DNA of 64,000 nt. Origin: Nodosilinea sp. Lineage in GTDB: Bacteria; Cyanobacteriota; Cyanobacteriia; Phormidesmidales; Phormidesmidaceae. The position numbers were made by a program, and so were the translations under genes. The DNA is taken from contig JBMOHM010000001.1 in assembly GCA_049317845.1 (NCBI GenBank), positions 79,860 through 143,859 of the forward strand. The letters are read 5' to 3'. The notes under the pieces are model-generated. The model was not told the DNA's origin. It ran no database searches and worked only from the letters and a program-made list of their open reading frames with translations. This document shows, in pieces, positions 29,796 through 40,180 of the stretch (its first letter is position 1; every line of letters begins with the position of its first letter).

Positions 29796-30158
29796 GTGTA
29801 TTCCCAACCTCCCTATATTCTCCTTCTGGCTGGTTTTCTAGCCGCTGTCTCCTCTGGCTATGCCTTTAGTACCTCGCTGCAGCAATCTGTTCAAGAGTGG
29901 AACCGGAAACGCTCTACCCGTATTCTGGCCAGTTTGCGGGGTCCCCAACTCCAGGTACCCTTCGCCGGTATTTGTATCGGAGTGTGTGTGTTTCTAGCGT
30001 CCGGTATTCAGCTATTTGGCTTTTCTGGTAAGGTCGCCTACGCCATGGGCGGTCCCCTAACCCTTTTAAGCGGCCTTTTAATCTGGTCTCAGTTGGGTCG
30101 GATCCTGACTCTCATTGAAGAGGGTGGGTCTAAGGCCCTTGATCTTGACTCCTTTTAG
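29796..30158 (+). CDS. conserved cyanobacterial membrane protein
   Basis: QPPYILLLAG...three hydrophobic segments...GGSKALDLDSF; GTG 29796 preferred to 29592. Confidence 0.75.
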   Translation: MYSQPPYILLLAGFLAAVSSGYAFSTSLQQSVQEWNRKRSTRILASLRGPQLQVPFAGICIGVCVFLASGIQLFGFSGKVAYAMGGPLTLLSGLLIWSQLGRILTLIEEGGSKALDLDSF

Positions 30159-30194
30159 TTAGAACACCAACTCCATGGCTATCTGCAAACACCC

Positions 30195-30848
30195 CTAACT
30201 ATCCGATCCATTGCCGGCCCAGGGACGACGCAGGTATAGGGGTAGGTGATTACAGTCGTTAAAGCGGCGCACAAAAGGACCGTAGTCCAGCAATTCCACT
30301 AGGGAGAGGGCCGTGACTGGCATCGCCAGGCGATCGCGATAACGACCCACATCCACCCCCAGCAGGGTACAGAGCATGATCCGCAGGGTGGCTTTATGGG
30401 CAACGATTAGCACGTCACCGTCAGGATAACTCTCCTCAATTTCTGCCAGCACATTAGAAGTACGGCGGGCCACCTGCATAGCGTTTTCCCCCAGGGTAGG
30501 ACTATTCCAGGCTGGGTCCGCAAGCCAACGAATATAGTCGTCATGAAACTCCTGGTTAACTTCTTCGGGGGCCATGCCCTCCCACTTACCAAAGCTCAGT
30601 TCTCGCAGCCCCTGCCGAGATTCAAAGCTTAGACCCGTGGCCTGGGTGAGGGGCTGAAGAGTTTCTACCGCATGATTAAGGGGGCTACAAAATAATGCTT
30701 TCCAGTTCAATCTTTGGTAGGCCTGGGCAAAGAAGTTGGCCATTTGCTGACCATGTTCCGTTAGGGGCACCCCGTCCCGGCTACAGTAGCGGCCCGTACG
30801 ACAGTAGTGGGTTTCGGCATTGCGGAGCAGGTAAAGCCTCAGAGCCAT
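30195..30848 (-). CDS. histidine phosphatase superfamily protein, catalytic His replaced (RNA instead of RHG)
   Basis: LYLLRNAET (codons CGC AAT GCC GAA), CSPL, LRELSFGKWEG, VAHKAT. Confidence 0.88.
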   Translation of the reverse strand: MALRLYLLRNAETHYCRTGRYCSRDGVPLTEHGQQMANFFAQAYQRLNWKALFCSPLNHAVETLQPLTQATGLSFESRQGLRELSFGKWEGMAPEEVNQEFHDDYIRWLADPAWNSPTLGENAMQVARRTSNVLAEIEESYPDGDVLIVAHKATLRIMLCTLLGVDVGRYRDRLAMPVTALSLVELLDYGPFVRRFNDCNHLPLYLRRPWAGNGSDS

Positions 30849-30860
30849 AGGGCGGGATCC

Positions 30861-31505
30861 TCAGGTAGATGGTAGCGATCGCAACGCCTCACTCAAGTGG
30901 GACCGATCGGCAATGGTATGGAATAGAGGTCCCCGTCGGGCCAGTTCTACTACGCTGACGGCAGCTACGGGCATATCCAGGCGATCGCGGTAGCGACCCA
31001 CGTCAATACCCAGCAGGGTACACAGCATAATGCGAATGGTGGCCTTGTGGGATACCACCAAAATATGCCCTGAACTATGGGTATGTTCAATTTCATCCAG
31101 CACCTGAGCCGATCGACGGGCAATATCTACCGCTCGCTCTCCCCCGATCGGGGCATACCAGGCTGGATCAGTTAGCCAGGCCACATACTCGTCATGGTGT
31201 TCCCGATCCACGGCGGTGGGGTGCATCCCCTCCCAGCGCCCATACATCACCTCCCGCAGTCCCTCCCGTAGTTGCATTTGTAACTGACAGCGCTGGCATA
31301 GGGGTTCAGCGGTTTCCACCGCCCGCCGTAGGGGACTGACATAGGCTGCTGTCCAGGGTAAGGCGGCATAGCTATCGGCAAATTCCGTGGCCATCGCCAG
31401 GCCCGCTGGCGTCAGACCAGGATCGTTTTCGGGGGTACCACAGTACCCACCCGTCAGGCTATAGGCCGTCTGACCATGGCGTAGAAAGTAAAGAAAAACC
31501 CCCAT
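30861..31505 (-). CDS. histidine phosphatase / phosphoglycerate-mutase-like protein
   Basis: LYFLRHGQT, VSPLRRAVET, LREVMYGRWEG, VSHKAT all intact; ATG 31505 preferred. Confidence 0.92.
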   Translation of the reverse strand: MGVFLYFLRHGQTAYSLTGGYCGTPENDPGLTPAGLAMATEFADSYAALPWTAAYVSPLRRAVETAEPLCQRCQLQMQLREGLREVMYGRWEGMHPTAVDREHHDEYVAWLTDPAWYAPIGGERAVDIARRSAQVLDEIEHTHSSGHILVVSHKATIRIMLCTLLGIDVGRYRDRLDMPVAAVSVVELARRGPLFHTIADRSHLSEALRSLPST

Positions 31506-31676
31506 CAGTTCTGGCCACAATGGCGTGAGAGAACAGCCCCCGACCGAGATCACTAGCCTATGCTCAATAATCCCTATTCTACGTTACAGGTTGGGGGGGG
31601 CAAACGTCGGAGGGAATTTATCGCTTTGGCTAGAACGGCTATAGTTAATCCTTTAATCCTATTGTGCAGGGACTGA

Positions 31677-32507
31677 TTGGTGACAGAATTCCCCTCCCCA
31701 CCCCTGACCCGGCTATGGGTCATTGGCGGCACTGGTGAGGCCGTTAAGCTGGCCAGGGCTCTGGTGAATTTACAGATTTCCTGTCTGGTGACGGTGACCA
31801 CGCCAGCCGCTAGCCAGGCCTATCCATGCCAACCTGGTTTGCAGGTACGGGTAGGCGCCTTAGCCCTAGATACCCTGCCAGGGTTTATCCAGGAGCAGGG
31901 AATTGGGGCGATTTTAGACGCCTCCCATCCCTTTGCCCTGGAGATTACCAAAGGAGCGATCGCCACTGCCCAACAACTCCAGATTCCCTACTGGCGGTAT
32001 GAACGACCAACCCCCTGCCTACCGCCCCATCCCCTGGTGCAGCAGGTAGCCGACCTGAATCAGGTTCTCAGGGCCGATCTCCTGGCTCAGCAGCGGGTCC
32101 TACTCACCCTGGGGTATCGCTGGTTATCGGCGTTTCAGCCCTGGCAGCAGCAATCCACCCTGTTTGCCCGGATTTTACCTTCCCCTACTGCCCTGGCCGC
32201 TGCCCTAGCCGCTGGCTTTACCCCCGATCGCCTGATTGCCCTGCGCCCGCCTGTCAGTGTCGCCCTGGAACTGGCCCTGTGGCAGGATTGGCAGATTACC
32301 AGGGTGATTACCAAGGCCTCCGGACAGGCCGGCGGAGAAGCCACTAAACAGATAGTCGCCCAACGCCTGGGCATTCCTCTCCTGATTATCCGTCGCCCTG
32401 CCATCACCTACCCCTTCGTTAGTCAGGACCTGGAGAGATTGGTGAGTATTAGTCATCAATGGTGGGTATCTCAAAATTTCTCAGTCAATTTGGAATTGAT
32501 CCGCTAA
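31677..32507 (+). CDS. cbiJ: cobalt-precorrin-6A / precorrin-6x reductase
   Basis: IGGTGEA, LDASHPFA, IPYWRYERP, ITKASGQAGG, IIRRP. Confidence 0.92.
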   Translation: MVTEFPSPPLTRLWVIGGTGEAVKLARALVNLQISCLVTVTTPAASQAYPCQPGLQVRVGALALDTLPGFIQEQGIGAILDASHPFALEITKGAIATAQQLQIPYWRYERPTPCLPPHPLVQQVADLNQVLRADLLAQQRVLLTLGYRWLSAFQPWQQQSTLFARILPSPTALAAALAAGFTPDRLIALRPPVSVALELALWQDWQITRVITKASGQAGGEATKQIVAQRLGIPLLIIRRPAITYPFVSQDLERLVSISHQWWVSQNFSVNLELIR

Positions 32508-32726
32508 AATTACCGCATCTCTATTTGCAATTATCAGAAGTGCTCGTCAAGGAATCGGTCTTAACCCTTGAAACCCTGACAAGTTCAACACTTCCCACCA
32601 TAGTTTAGTTATTGAAAAGACTTCAGCTGTTGTATCAGCCCTATACAATCGCCATCAAAGGACTAAATTCTCCATCTCACCTCTGGGATAGGGGTGATCA
32701 AATACTTCATTTTTCCTAAATTGTCT

Positions 32727-34178
32727 ATGACAGCTGTTCCTCTATCATCGGGACCATCTCCCTCCTTCGAGCAACCTGGCAGCATCGGGTTGCCAGAGGG
32801 CTCTCCGGTTTTTGCCCTGAAGGAGCTAGTGGCCCGTTTACAGCGCGAGCAGTATAAGATTCAAGACCTACTCAGTTCCCTTGGGTTTGCCCTACGCAGC
32901 TTAAACAATCTAAACCAACTGCTAGAGCTAATTCCCATGATTGCTACCCGGGTTACCGATGCCACGGGAGGGGCATTGGTGCTGTTTCGGGCCGATGGCC
33001 AGATTAAGCTAGAGCAAATTTATTGTCATCACGAAGATCAATATCAAAATATCCGGTCCGCCCTGGAGGCAGCCACCCGTCAGGTAACAGCTAGTTTTCA
33101 AGCCGCTCCTGAAACTAGCCTGATGTCTATGGCCCGCAGCGCCATGCTATCCCTCGATCGCCAGGTGAACCGGTATCTGGCTAACGATTTCCAGCTCTTT
33201 GGCACCGCCATCATTATTCAGAATGTGGAGCGCGGGCGTCTCTATATCTTTAGCCGAGACCCCGACTATAGTTGGACCGACACTCGCCAGAAACTTGTGC
33301 GGTTGGTGGCCGATCAAACCTCTGTGGCGATCGAAAATAACGAGCTCACCATCGCCCTGCGCAAGAAGGAGCGCCTGGATCGGGAAATGGAAATTGGCGC
33401 TGAAATCCAACTCCAGCTCCTGCCCCGGCAATGTCCTGTTATTGATGGTATCGATCTGGCGGCTCGGTGCAAAACCGCTCAGCGGGTAGGGGGTGACTAC
33501 TACGACTTTATTCCCACCAGCTACGACCAACTGCGTCACCCAAGCTCCCACCTATCAGCCGCATCCGCCTGGAGCTTTGCCATTGGTGATGTGATGGGCA
33601 AGGGGGTACCTGCCGGGTTAATTATGACCATGATGCGGGGAATGCTGCGGGCTGAGGTACTGAACGGCCACTCGCCATCCCAAATTCTGCAAAACTTGAA
33701 CTTTGTCATGCATACTGACCTGGAAAGTTCAAACCGTTTTGTCACCCTTTTCTATGCAGAATACAACCCCAAGACCCGGGAGTTAGCCTACGGCAACGCC
33801 GCCCATAATCCTCCTTTTCTTTGGCAAGCGGCCACCAATACCATTACCCGTTTGGATACGGTGGGGATGTTGCTGGGGCTGGATATGACCACCCAGTATC
33901 ACGAGGCTAAGGTTGAGCTACAACCAGGGGATACCTTGATTTTCTACACCGATGGCTTTACCGAAGCGGCCAATCAACGGGGAGAGCGCTTTGAGGAGGA
34001 AAACCTGGAGCGGGCTTTGCAATGGGCCTGTCGCAATTGCGCATCGGCGGAGGATATTCTCAATTACACCTTTGATCTGATCGCCCGGTTCATTGGTCAC
34101 GACAACAGCAACGAGGATGATATGACCCTGGTGGTGATGCGGGTGAAGCCAGAATTACAGCTCAGTCTATTTCACTGA
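32727..34178 (+). CDS. GAF + PP2C (SpoIIE/RsbU-type) phosphatase
   Basis: GGDYYD, IGDVMGKG, YTDG, DDMT motifs; N-terminal GAF-like region; ATG 32727. Confidence 0.92.
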   Translation: MTAVPLSSGPSPSFEQPGSIGLPEGSPVFALKELVARLQREQYKIQDLLSSLGFALRSLNNLNQLLELIPMIATRVTDATGGALVLFRADGQIKLEQIYCHHEDQYQNIRSALEAATRQVTASFQAAPETSLMSMARSAMLSLDRQVNRYLANDFQLFGTAIIIQNVERGRLYIFSRDPDYSWTDTRQKLVRLVADQTSVAIENNELTIALRKKERLDREMEIGAEIQLQLLPRQCPVIDGIDLAARCKTAQRVGGDYYDFIPTSYDQLRHPSSHLSAASAWSFAIGDVMGKGVPAGLIMTMMRGMLRAEVLNGHSPSQILQNLNFVMHTDLESSNRFVTLFYAEYNPKTRELAYGNAAHNPPFLWQAATNTITRLDTVGMLLGLDMTTQYHEAKVELQPGDTLIFYTDGFTEAANQRGERFEEENLERALQWACRNCASAEDILNYTFDLIARFIGHDNSNEDDMTLVVMRVKPELQLSLFH

Positions 34179-34232
34179 TTCTGTATCGAGGTGGGGTAAA
34201 GGCGCCGTTCTTGGGTGGATAGAGGCTGGAAG

Positions 34233-35963
34233 TTAGGAAAACTTTGGCTCCACCCGGCGAGGCTGGCCCCAGATCACCGTTTCCTGTTTGTAAACTACCA
34301 TGCCGGGACGAGCCCCCCGGGGTTTGTAGAGATGGCGAGGCTGGGTGTAAACGACGGGGACCTGGTCAGCCTGGCGGGCCTGGCTGAAGTAGGCGGCCAG
34401 ATCGGCGGCGTATTGACGATCGCGATCGCTGGCCACCTGTCCTGGGTCTACCCTTAACAACACATGGCTACCTGGAATTTCCTGGCTGTGGAACCAGAGG
34501 TCGTAATCACTGGCAACACTGGAAACCAGTTGATCATTCTGGCGATTATTGCGCCCAATCAACACGATCAGACCATCGGGGCTGAGACATTGACGAAACC
34601 CCCCGGTTTTGCTAGCCCGCTGATCGCCGGAACGATAGTCAGGGGCAGTCAGGTAATTTTGCTGAATCAGTTCGTTGCGAATATCGATGAGAATTTCCAG
34701 ATCGGCAGGTTCGGTATAGTTGGTAAGCTGATTGAGGGCAGCCTCAACCTCTTCTAAATAGGCCAGTTCCGCCTTCACCTCGGCCAACAGGGGGGCAATG
34801 GCAGTCCTGGCCCGTTTCAGTTTCTGGTGCTGCTTGTAGAGGCGTTGGGCCTGCTGAATGGCGGTTTTATCGGGGTCAATGGCAATCGTCACCCCTTCCC
34901 CGGTGATAAAGTCCCCCAAAATCATCTGGGTCAGGCCCGGTTGCCACTGGTGACCATAGGCCATGAGTAGATCGGCTTGGTGGCGATACCGGTCGGCCTG
35001 GGTCGATTCCTCCAGGCGCTGGTCAAATAAACCGATCTTTTGCTGCAGCTTAGCCAGGCTGACCTTGAGCTTTTGCTGGAGTTGGTTCTTCAGTTGGTTG
35101 AACTGCTGCCGGTTAAGCTGATCCCGGTAGTACTGGTTGAGGACCTGGTGAATCGTCGCCCCGGTGGGCTGATCCCAGGCTAGCACCGTGTAGCCATTGG
35201 CGGTTAAAGCTGGGTGAAAGTTGCCCGTTTCCAGGGTTAACAGCCAGCTCTGCCAAACCTGAAAGAGGCGGTCCCAGTCGGTCTGGTGGAGGTGATCGGG
35301 AAAGGGGTCCGTCTCCAGTTCCGCCTTGGCCAGGAGCGATCGCACCAGGGCCGAACTCAACCCGGCGTAGCTTTGCATTAGCATCTGAGATAACCGGTTT
35401 GGTATCAGGGTAAGACGGTCCTGCCAGGCCTGCTGAGATTCCTGGCGGCTAGGTAGCCCCCCCCCTAGGGCAGGGGGAACCCTATAGATATCTCCGGTTT
35501 GAATCGGTCGAACTCGAGACTGCTGTTCGCTGACTTGGTGGGCAGCGGTAACAATTTGATTTTGAGCATTAACCAGAATCACGTTACTGTACTTGCCCAT
35601 GATTTCTACGTATAGATGCCATTGGGGTAGATCACCGGGGCGGGGTCCAAACTGTAGATCTAAAACCCGCTCCCATGCCGCCACAGGATGAATCGCCACC
35701 AGAGCCAGCTGGTTGAGCTGATGTTTAAGCTGGCGACTAAAGGTAAAGGTATCCTGTCCCCGGGGCGGCTTGTCGCCCAGATGCAAGCGGGCCGCTTGGG
35801 GGTGCCAGGAGAGGGTGAGCCAGGCCTGTTGGTTCAGGCTACGCAGAGCCAGAGCCAAACTAGTGGTGTCCCACTGCACCACCTGCTCGCAACGGGAAGG
35901 CACCCAATGGCGCCTGAGGTCCTGGGCTACGGCCATGAGAGTAGTAAAGTCAACCGGTTGCAT
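34233..35963 (-). CDS. NFACT/FbpA-family ribosome quality control protein (RqcH/Rqc2-like)
   Basis: MQPVDFTTL, EIMGKYSNVIL, GRNNRQND, WFHSQEIPGSHV, YKPRGARPGMV. Confidence 0.92.
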   Translation of the reverse strand: MQPVDFTTLMAVAQDLRRHWVPSRCEQVVQWDTTSLALALRSLNQQAWLTLSWHPQAARLHLGDKPPRGQDTFTFSRQLKHQLNQLALVAIHPVAAWERVLDLQFGPRPGDLPQWHLYVEIMGKYSNVILVNAQNQIVTAAHQVSEQQSRVRPIQTGDIYRVPPALGGGLPSRQESQQAWQDRLTLIPNRLSQMLMQSYAGLSSALVRSLLAKAELETDPFPDHLHQTDWDRLFQVWQSWLLTLETGNFHPALTANGYTVLAWDQPTGATIHQVLNQYYRDQLNRQQFNQLKNQLQQKLKVSLAKLQQKIGLFDQRLEESTQADRYRHQADLLMAYGHQWQPGLTQMILGDFITGEGVTIAIDPDKTAIQQAQRLYKQHQKLKRARTAIAPLLAEVKAELAYLEEVEAALNQLTNYTEPADLEILIDIRNELIQQNYLTAPDYRSGDQRASKTGGFRQCLSPDGLIVLIGRNNRQNDQLVSSVASDYDLWFHSQEIPGSHVLLRVDPGQVASDRDRQYAADLAAYFSQARQADQVPVVYTQPRHLYKPRGARPGMVVYKQETVIWGQPRRVEPKFS

Positions 35964-36250
35964 AATGTGTTGGTCGAGCCCAGGACCCTAAAGGGCAGGT
36001 CCCATAGGATATGGATTTTAATAATTCTATAGCTGCCGCGATCGGGAATGGCAGTAGTCCTGATAGTAAGGTCAGATTTGCCCTGCCAGGACCTGGGAGT
36101 TAAGGGGAACGGTCTCGCTGCTCTAGTTCTGATTGTTTTCGCCTTAGTCTTCCCTTAACCCCAGTTAGTCATCCATTCTGCAATATTATAGTGTCACCTC
36201 CAGGAGTCTTTTGGTCAGGTTATTTACCTGGGATTTCTAGGAGGTTTTCG

Positions 36251-37096
36251 ATGATTCTGCTATCTCCTTCGACCCTAGTCTTTGGTAGCCCAATGTCCGA
36301 TGTCTACACCCCTAACTCCACTGATATTGCTCTGCGGACCGAGAATCTCCATGTTTACTATGGATCCAATCTAGCTGTCCGGAGTGTTGATTTAACCATT
36401 CCTAGAAATCAGATTATCGCTTTTATTGGTCCATCGGGTTGCGGTAAAAGCACGGTACTGCGGTGTTTCAACCGTATGAACGATCTGATTTCCTCCTGCC
36501 GGGTAGAGGGTAGAATCACCTTTCACGGCGAAGATATCTATGCCCGTCAGGTAGATGCGGTGGAACTACGACGGAAGATTGGTATGGTCTTTCAAAAGGC
36601 TAATCCCTTTCCCAAGTCGATTTATGAAAACATTGCCTGGGGGGCTCGTATAAACGGTTTCAGGGGTGACATGGATGAGCTGGTGGAAAACTCTCTGCGT
36701 AAAGCTGCCGTCTGGGATGAGGTCAAAGATAAATTAAAGGAAAGTGGTCTCTCCCTTTCCGGTGGGCAGCAACAACGGCTCTGCATCGCTCGGGCTATTT
36801 CTATCCAACCGGACATTATCTTGATGGATGAACCCTGCTCTGCCCTTGATCCTATTTCCACCATGAAGGTGGAGGAAACGATGAAGTATCTAAAGCAGGA
36901 TTACACCATTATTATTGTCACCCACAACATGCAGCAGGCCTCTCGGGTATCTGACCGCACCGCCTTTTTTAATGCAGAACCAACCGATAAGGGCGGTAAG
37001 GTGGGCTACCTGGTGGAGTACGACAATACTGAGGTGATTTTTAATAATCCGCGCGATCAGTATACGCGCGACTATGTTTCTGGTCGTTTCGGCTAA
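36251..37096 (+). CDS. pstB: phosphate ABC transporter ATP-binding protein
   Basis: [56 protein letters not shown]; start 36251 or 36293. Confidence 0.94.
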   Translation: MILLSPSTLVFGSPMSDVYTPNSTDIALRTENLHVYYGSNLAVRSVDLTIPRNQIIAFIGPSGCGKSTVLRCFNRMNDLISSCRVEGRITFHGEDIYARQVDAVELRRKIGMVFQKANPFPKSIYENIAWGARINGFRGDMDELVENSLRKAAVWDEVKDKLKESGLSLSGGQQQRLCIARAISIQPDIILMDEPCSALDPISTMKVEETMKYLKQDYTIIIVTHNMQQASRVSDRTAFFNAEPTDKGGKVGYLVEYDNTEVIFNNPRDQYTRDYVSGRFG

Positions 37097-37105
37097 AAAA
37101 GTAGA

Positions 37106-37147
37106 AAGGCTGATTGCCGTGGGTAATCACGGAGGGCAGTCAGCCTT
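37106..37147. terminator. hairpin between convergent genes
   Basis: AAGGCTGATTGCC...GGCAGTCAGCCTT with inner CCGTG/CACGG stem. Confidence 0.55.
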
Positions 37148-37229
37148 ACCTGAAAAATCATTGTAGACCAGTGATGGCGCCAGCCTTAATTGGCTGCCCC
37201 CTCAGACTAGGGCTCTATCACAAGCCCCA

Positions 37230-37442
37230 TCAATCAATGGAGATAGACTTAGGCCCACTGCCGTTCTGATTACTGGCGGAGTTCGGGGCGGTGGAAGCCG
37301 TAACCCCTTGGGTGTTTAACCAACTTTTGACGGGGTCTTCGGTCATATTGAGGCGCAACAAACCCGAGGCAAAGCCTCCCAGAAATGCCACTGGATGACT
37401 CAGCAACTGTTGGGCAATGGGAGTAAGTTCATCCAAAAACAT
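37230..37442 (-). CDS. small conserved protein (resembles plastid UPF0426 family)
   Basis: MFLDELTP...PVAFLGGFASGLLRLNMTEDPVKSWL; family assignment from recall. Confidence 0.7.
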   Translation of the reverse strand: MFLDELTPIAQQLLSHPVAFLGGFASGLLRLNMTEDPVKSWLNTQGVTASTAPNSASNQNGSGPKSISID

Positions 37443-37617
37443 AATATTTATTATTTGCGTCACAAACATTTTAACTCAAAAAACTGGTGACAGTTTGCTG
37501 CAACGGAAGCAGAATAAGCAATTTGCCCGTGGTACGGAGAACTCTATTCCCTGGTCTGGCTGATCCCCTATGGGCATAAAATAAAAGACTAATCAATTAG
37601 TTTTCCAGCCAGGTTTT

Positions 37618-38430
37618 ATGAGAGCGTATCGGGTAGCCGCATTACAGATGACCAGTGTGCCAGATTTAAATAAAAATTTGGCCCAGGCGGAAGAATTAAT
37701 TGATCTGGCTGTGCGGCAGGGGGCAGAGTTGGTAACCTTGCCTGAGAATTTTTCCTTTCTGGGAGATGAGGAGGCCAAGATTGCTCAAGCCGATATGATT
37801 TGCCAGGCCAGTGAGCGATTTCTAAAAACCATGGCCCAACGCTATCAGGTGACTTTAATTGGGGGTGGTTACCCGGTACCGGCAAAGGAAGGAAAGGTCT
37901 TTAATACGGCGCTGCTGGTATCGCCAGATGGGCAGGAACTTTTACGTTACGAAAAAGTACATCTGTTTGATGTCAATCTACCGGATGGCAATACCTATCG
38001 GGAATCTAGTATCGTCATTTCTGGCCATCTTCTACCCGATGTATTTCCCTCTAAGGACTTTGGCATTTTGGGCTTGTCTGTATGCTATGACGTGCGATTT
38101 CCTGAGTTGTATCGTCACCTCTCCCACCAAGGCGCAGAGGTGCTGGTTATCCCGGCGGCCTTTACCGAGTTTACGGGCAAAGATCACTGGCAGGTTTTAT
38201 TGCAGGCCCGGGCGATTGAAAATACTTGCTACGTAATTGCCCCGGCCCAAACCGGATTTCACAATAGTCGTCGCCAATCCCACGGCCATGCCATGGTGAT
38301 TGACCCCTGGGGAATTGTCCTGGCAGATGCCGGGGTCGGACAGGGCGCGGCGATCGCCGAAATTAATCCCAACCGACTGTCCCAGGTGCGTCGCCAAATG
38401 CCCTCCCTATCCCATAGAATTTTCTTCTGA
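37618..38430 (+). CDS. carbon-nitrogen hydrolase (Nit1-like)
   Basis: Glu-Lys-Cys triad: LPENF, YEKVHLFD, VCYDVRFPE; ARAIEN, HGHAMVIDPWG. Confidence 0.93.
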   Translation: MRAYRVAALQMTSVPDLNKNLAQAEELIDLAVRQGAELVTLPENFSFLGDEEAKIAQADMICQASERFLKTMAQRYQVTLIGGGYPVPAKEGKVFNTALLVSPDGQELLRYEKVHLFDVNLPDGNTYRESSIVISGHLLPDVFPSKDFGILGLSVCYDVRFPELYRHLSHQGAEVLVIPAAFTEFTGKDHWQVLLQARAIENTCYVIAPAQTGFHNSRRQSHGHAMVIDPWGIVLADAGVGQGAAIAEINPNRLSQVRRQMPSLSHRIFF

Positions 38431-38666
38431 TGCCGGTTGTATAGCTTTAGCCCAAACCCTGAGCACCTGGTGAACCGGTAAAAGCCACTCTAGGTAGGTG
38501 TTCTGGGTCACCTCCGTCGCCTTGCAGTCAGCTAGGGCTATAGAAGGGGCGATCGCCCCTTCTCGGCTTTTAGGTGCATTGCCACTTATGGACATTCCTG
38601 AGAACTCATGTACATTGGGGAAGATGAGTTTTAGCAGCTAGCATGGTGCATTGGATCGGTGGCCTG

Positions 38667-40070
38667 ATGGACATTGCCCCCCGGATTCTTCTCGATCACC
38701 TATCACTTCCAGTCCTGGGTCAGGTGTCTGAAGCCGAAATTGAACCTCTAGTTTTAACCAGTGTGCTGTTAAGCCTAATTGTGGTTTATCTGGCCGCTAA
38801 GGTGGGTGGCGAGGTCTGTATTCGCATTAACTTACCCCCCGTGCTAGGAGAACTGATTGGTGGGGTGGTAGTGGGGGTTTCGGCCCTCCATCTGATTGTC
38901 TTTGCTGGAACTGACAACACTCCGCCCTCGGCCCTGATCAATCTGGTGGGCTGGGTGGCTGGGCTGGAAGGGGAAGCCCTGCTCAAGGTCTTTCAAGGAG
39001 AAAGTGGAGTGATCTCGGTATTGGCCGAGTTGGGAGTGATTATTCTGCTCTTTGAGATTGGCTTAGAATCAAATCTCAAAGAACTCATTCGGGTTGGCCC
39101 CCAAGCGGCGGTAGTGGCGGTAGTGGGGGTAGCAGCGCCTTTTATGGTGGGAACTACCGGACTCATTGCCCTGTTTGGGGTAGATACGGTTCCAGCGATA
39201 TTCGCAGGAGCGGCCCTAACCGCCACCAGCATTGGCATTACCGCCAAGGTACTGGCAGACCTACAAAGACTTAGCTCTACAGAAGGGCAGATTATTATTG
39301 GCGCAGCGGTTTTAGATGATGTGTTAGGCATTATCGTGCTGGCGGTCGTGGCCAGTCTAGCTAAAACCGGAGAAGTTAACGTAGCTAATGTGATCTACTT
39401 GATGGCAGGGGCCGTTGCTTTTCTAGGGGGATCAATTTTCATCGGACGGCTGTTGGGTCCCTATTTTGTCGCCCTGGTGGATCGCTTGCGTACCCGCGGT
39501 CAACTTCTGATTACCTCCCTGATCTTTGCCTTCCTACTGGCCTATCTGGCGGCCGCCATTCAACTAGAGGCGATTTTGGGTGCCTTCGCCGCCGGATTAA
39601 TTCTGGCAGAAACCTCAAAACAGGAGGAATTGCAGGAACAAATCAGTCCCATTGCAAATATGCTGGCGCCGATTTTTTTTATCGCTGTCGGGGCTCGCAC
39701 CGATGTTAGTGTCCTGAATCCCCTCAATCCCGATAATCGACCAGGCTTGATTATTGCTTCCTTTCTGGTGGTGGTGGCAATTATCGGTAAGCTGGTAACA
39801 GGCTTTGTGGTTTTTGGCCAACCTGGGATCAACCGCCTGGCGATCGGTATCGGTATGATTCCTCGGGGTGAGGTTGGCCTGGTATTCGCTGGAGTCGGAG
39901 CTACCAGTGGAGTTTTATCGGAAGCCCTGGATGCAGCCATTATTGTCATGGTTATTTTCACCACCTTTCTGGCTCCCCCCTTGTTACGCCTGGTTTTTCA
40001 GGATACGGACGATCAGGGCGGTCTGGCTACCGTGGTGATCGGCACAGCGAACCCGGGGCAGTCAGACTAG
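38667..40070 (+). CDS. CPA2-family Na+/H+ antiporter (NhaS3-like)
   Basis: PPVLGELIGG, LFEIGLE, TSIGIT, AVLDDVLG, MIPRGEVG. Confidence 0.92.
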   Translation: MDIAPRILLDHLSLPVLGQVSEAEIEPLVLTSVLLSLIVVYLAAKVGGEVCIRINLPPVLGELIGGVVVGVSALHLIVFAGTDNTPPSALINLVGWVAGLEGEALLKVFQGESGVISVLAELGVIILLFEIGLESNLKELIRVGPQAAVVAVVGVAAPFMVGTTGLIALFGVDTVPAIFAGAALTATSIGITAKVLADLQRLSSTEGQIIIGAAVLDDVLGIIVLAVVASLAKTGEVNVANVIYLMAGAVAFLGGSIFIGRLLGPYFVALVDRLRTRGQLLITSLIFAFLLAYLAAAIQLEAILGAFAAGLILAETSKQEELQEQISPIANMLAPIFFIAVGARTDVSVLNPLNPDNRPGLIIASFLVVVAIIGKLVTGFVVFGQPGINRLAIGIGMIPRGEVGLVFAGVGATSGVLSEALDAAIIVMVIFTTFLAPPLLRLVFQDTDDQGGLATVVIGTANPGQSD

Positions 40071-40180
40071 GGGGTAAACCTGACATAACAGGCCAGGAAG
40101 TTAATGGCGATTTCTGGCGAAATTTCACCAGACCAGATAAACTCGTTAACACTAGCGGTATTAATTAGGCATAAGTACTT

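Noticed and set aside
36150-36180. Pho-box-like CTTAACCC upstream of pstB
   Set aside because: Only one good half-site; lacks the 11-bp-spaced triplet of cyanobacterial Pho boxes
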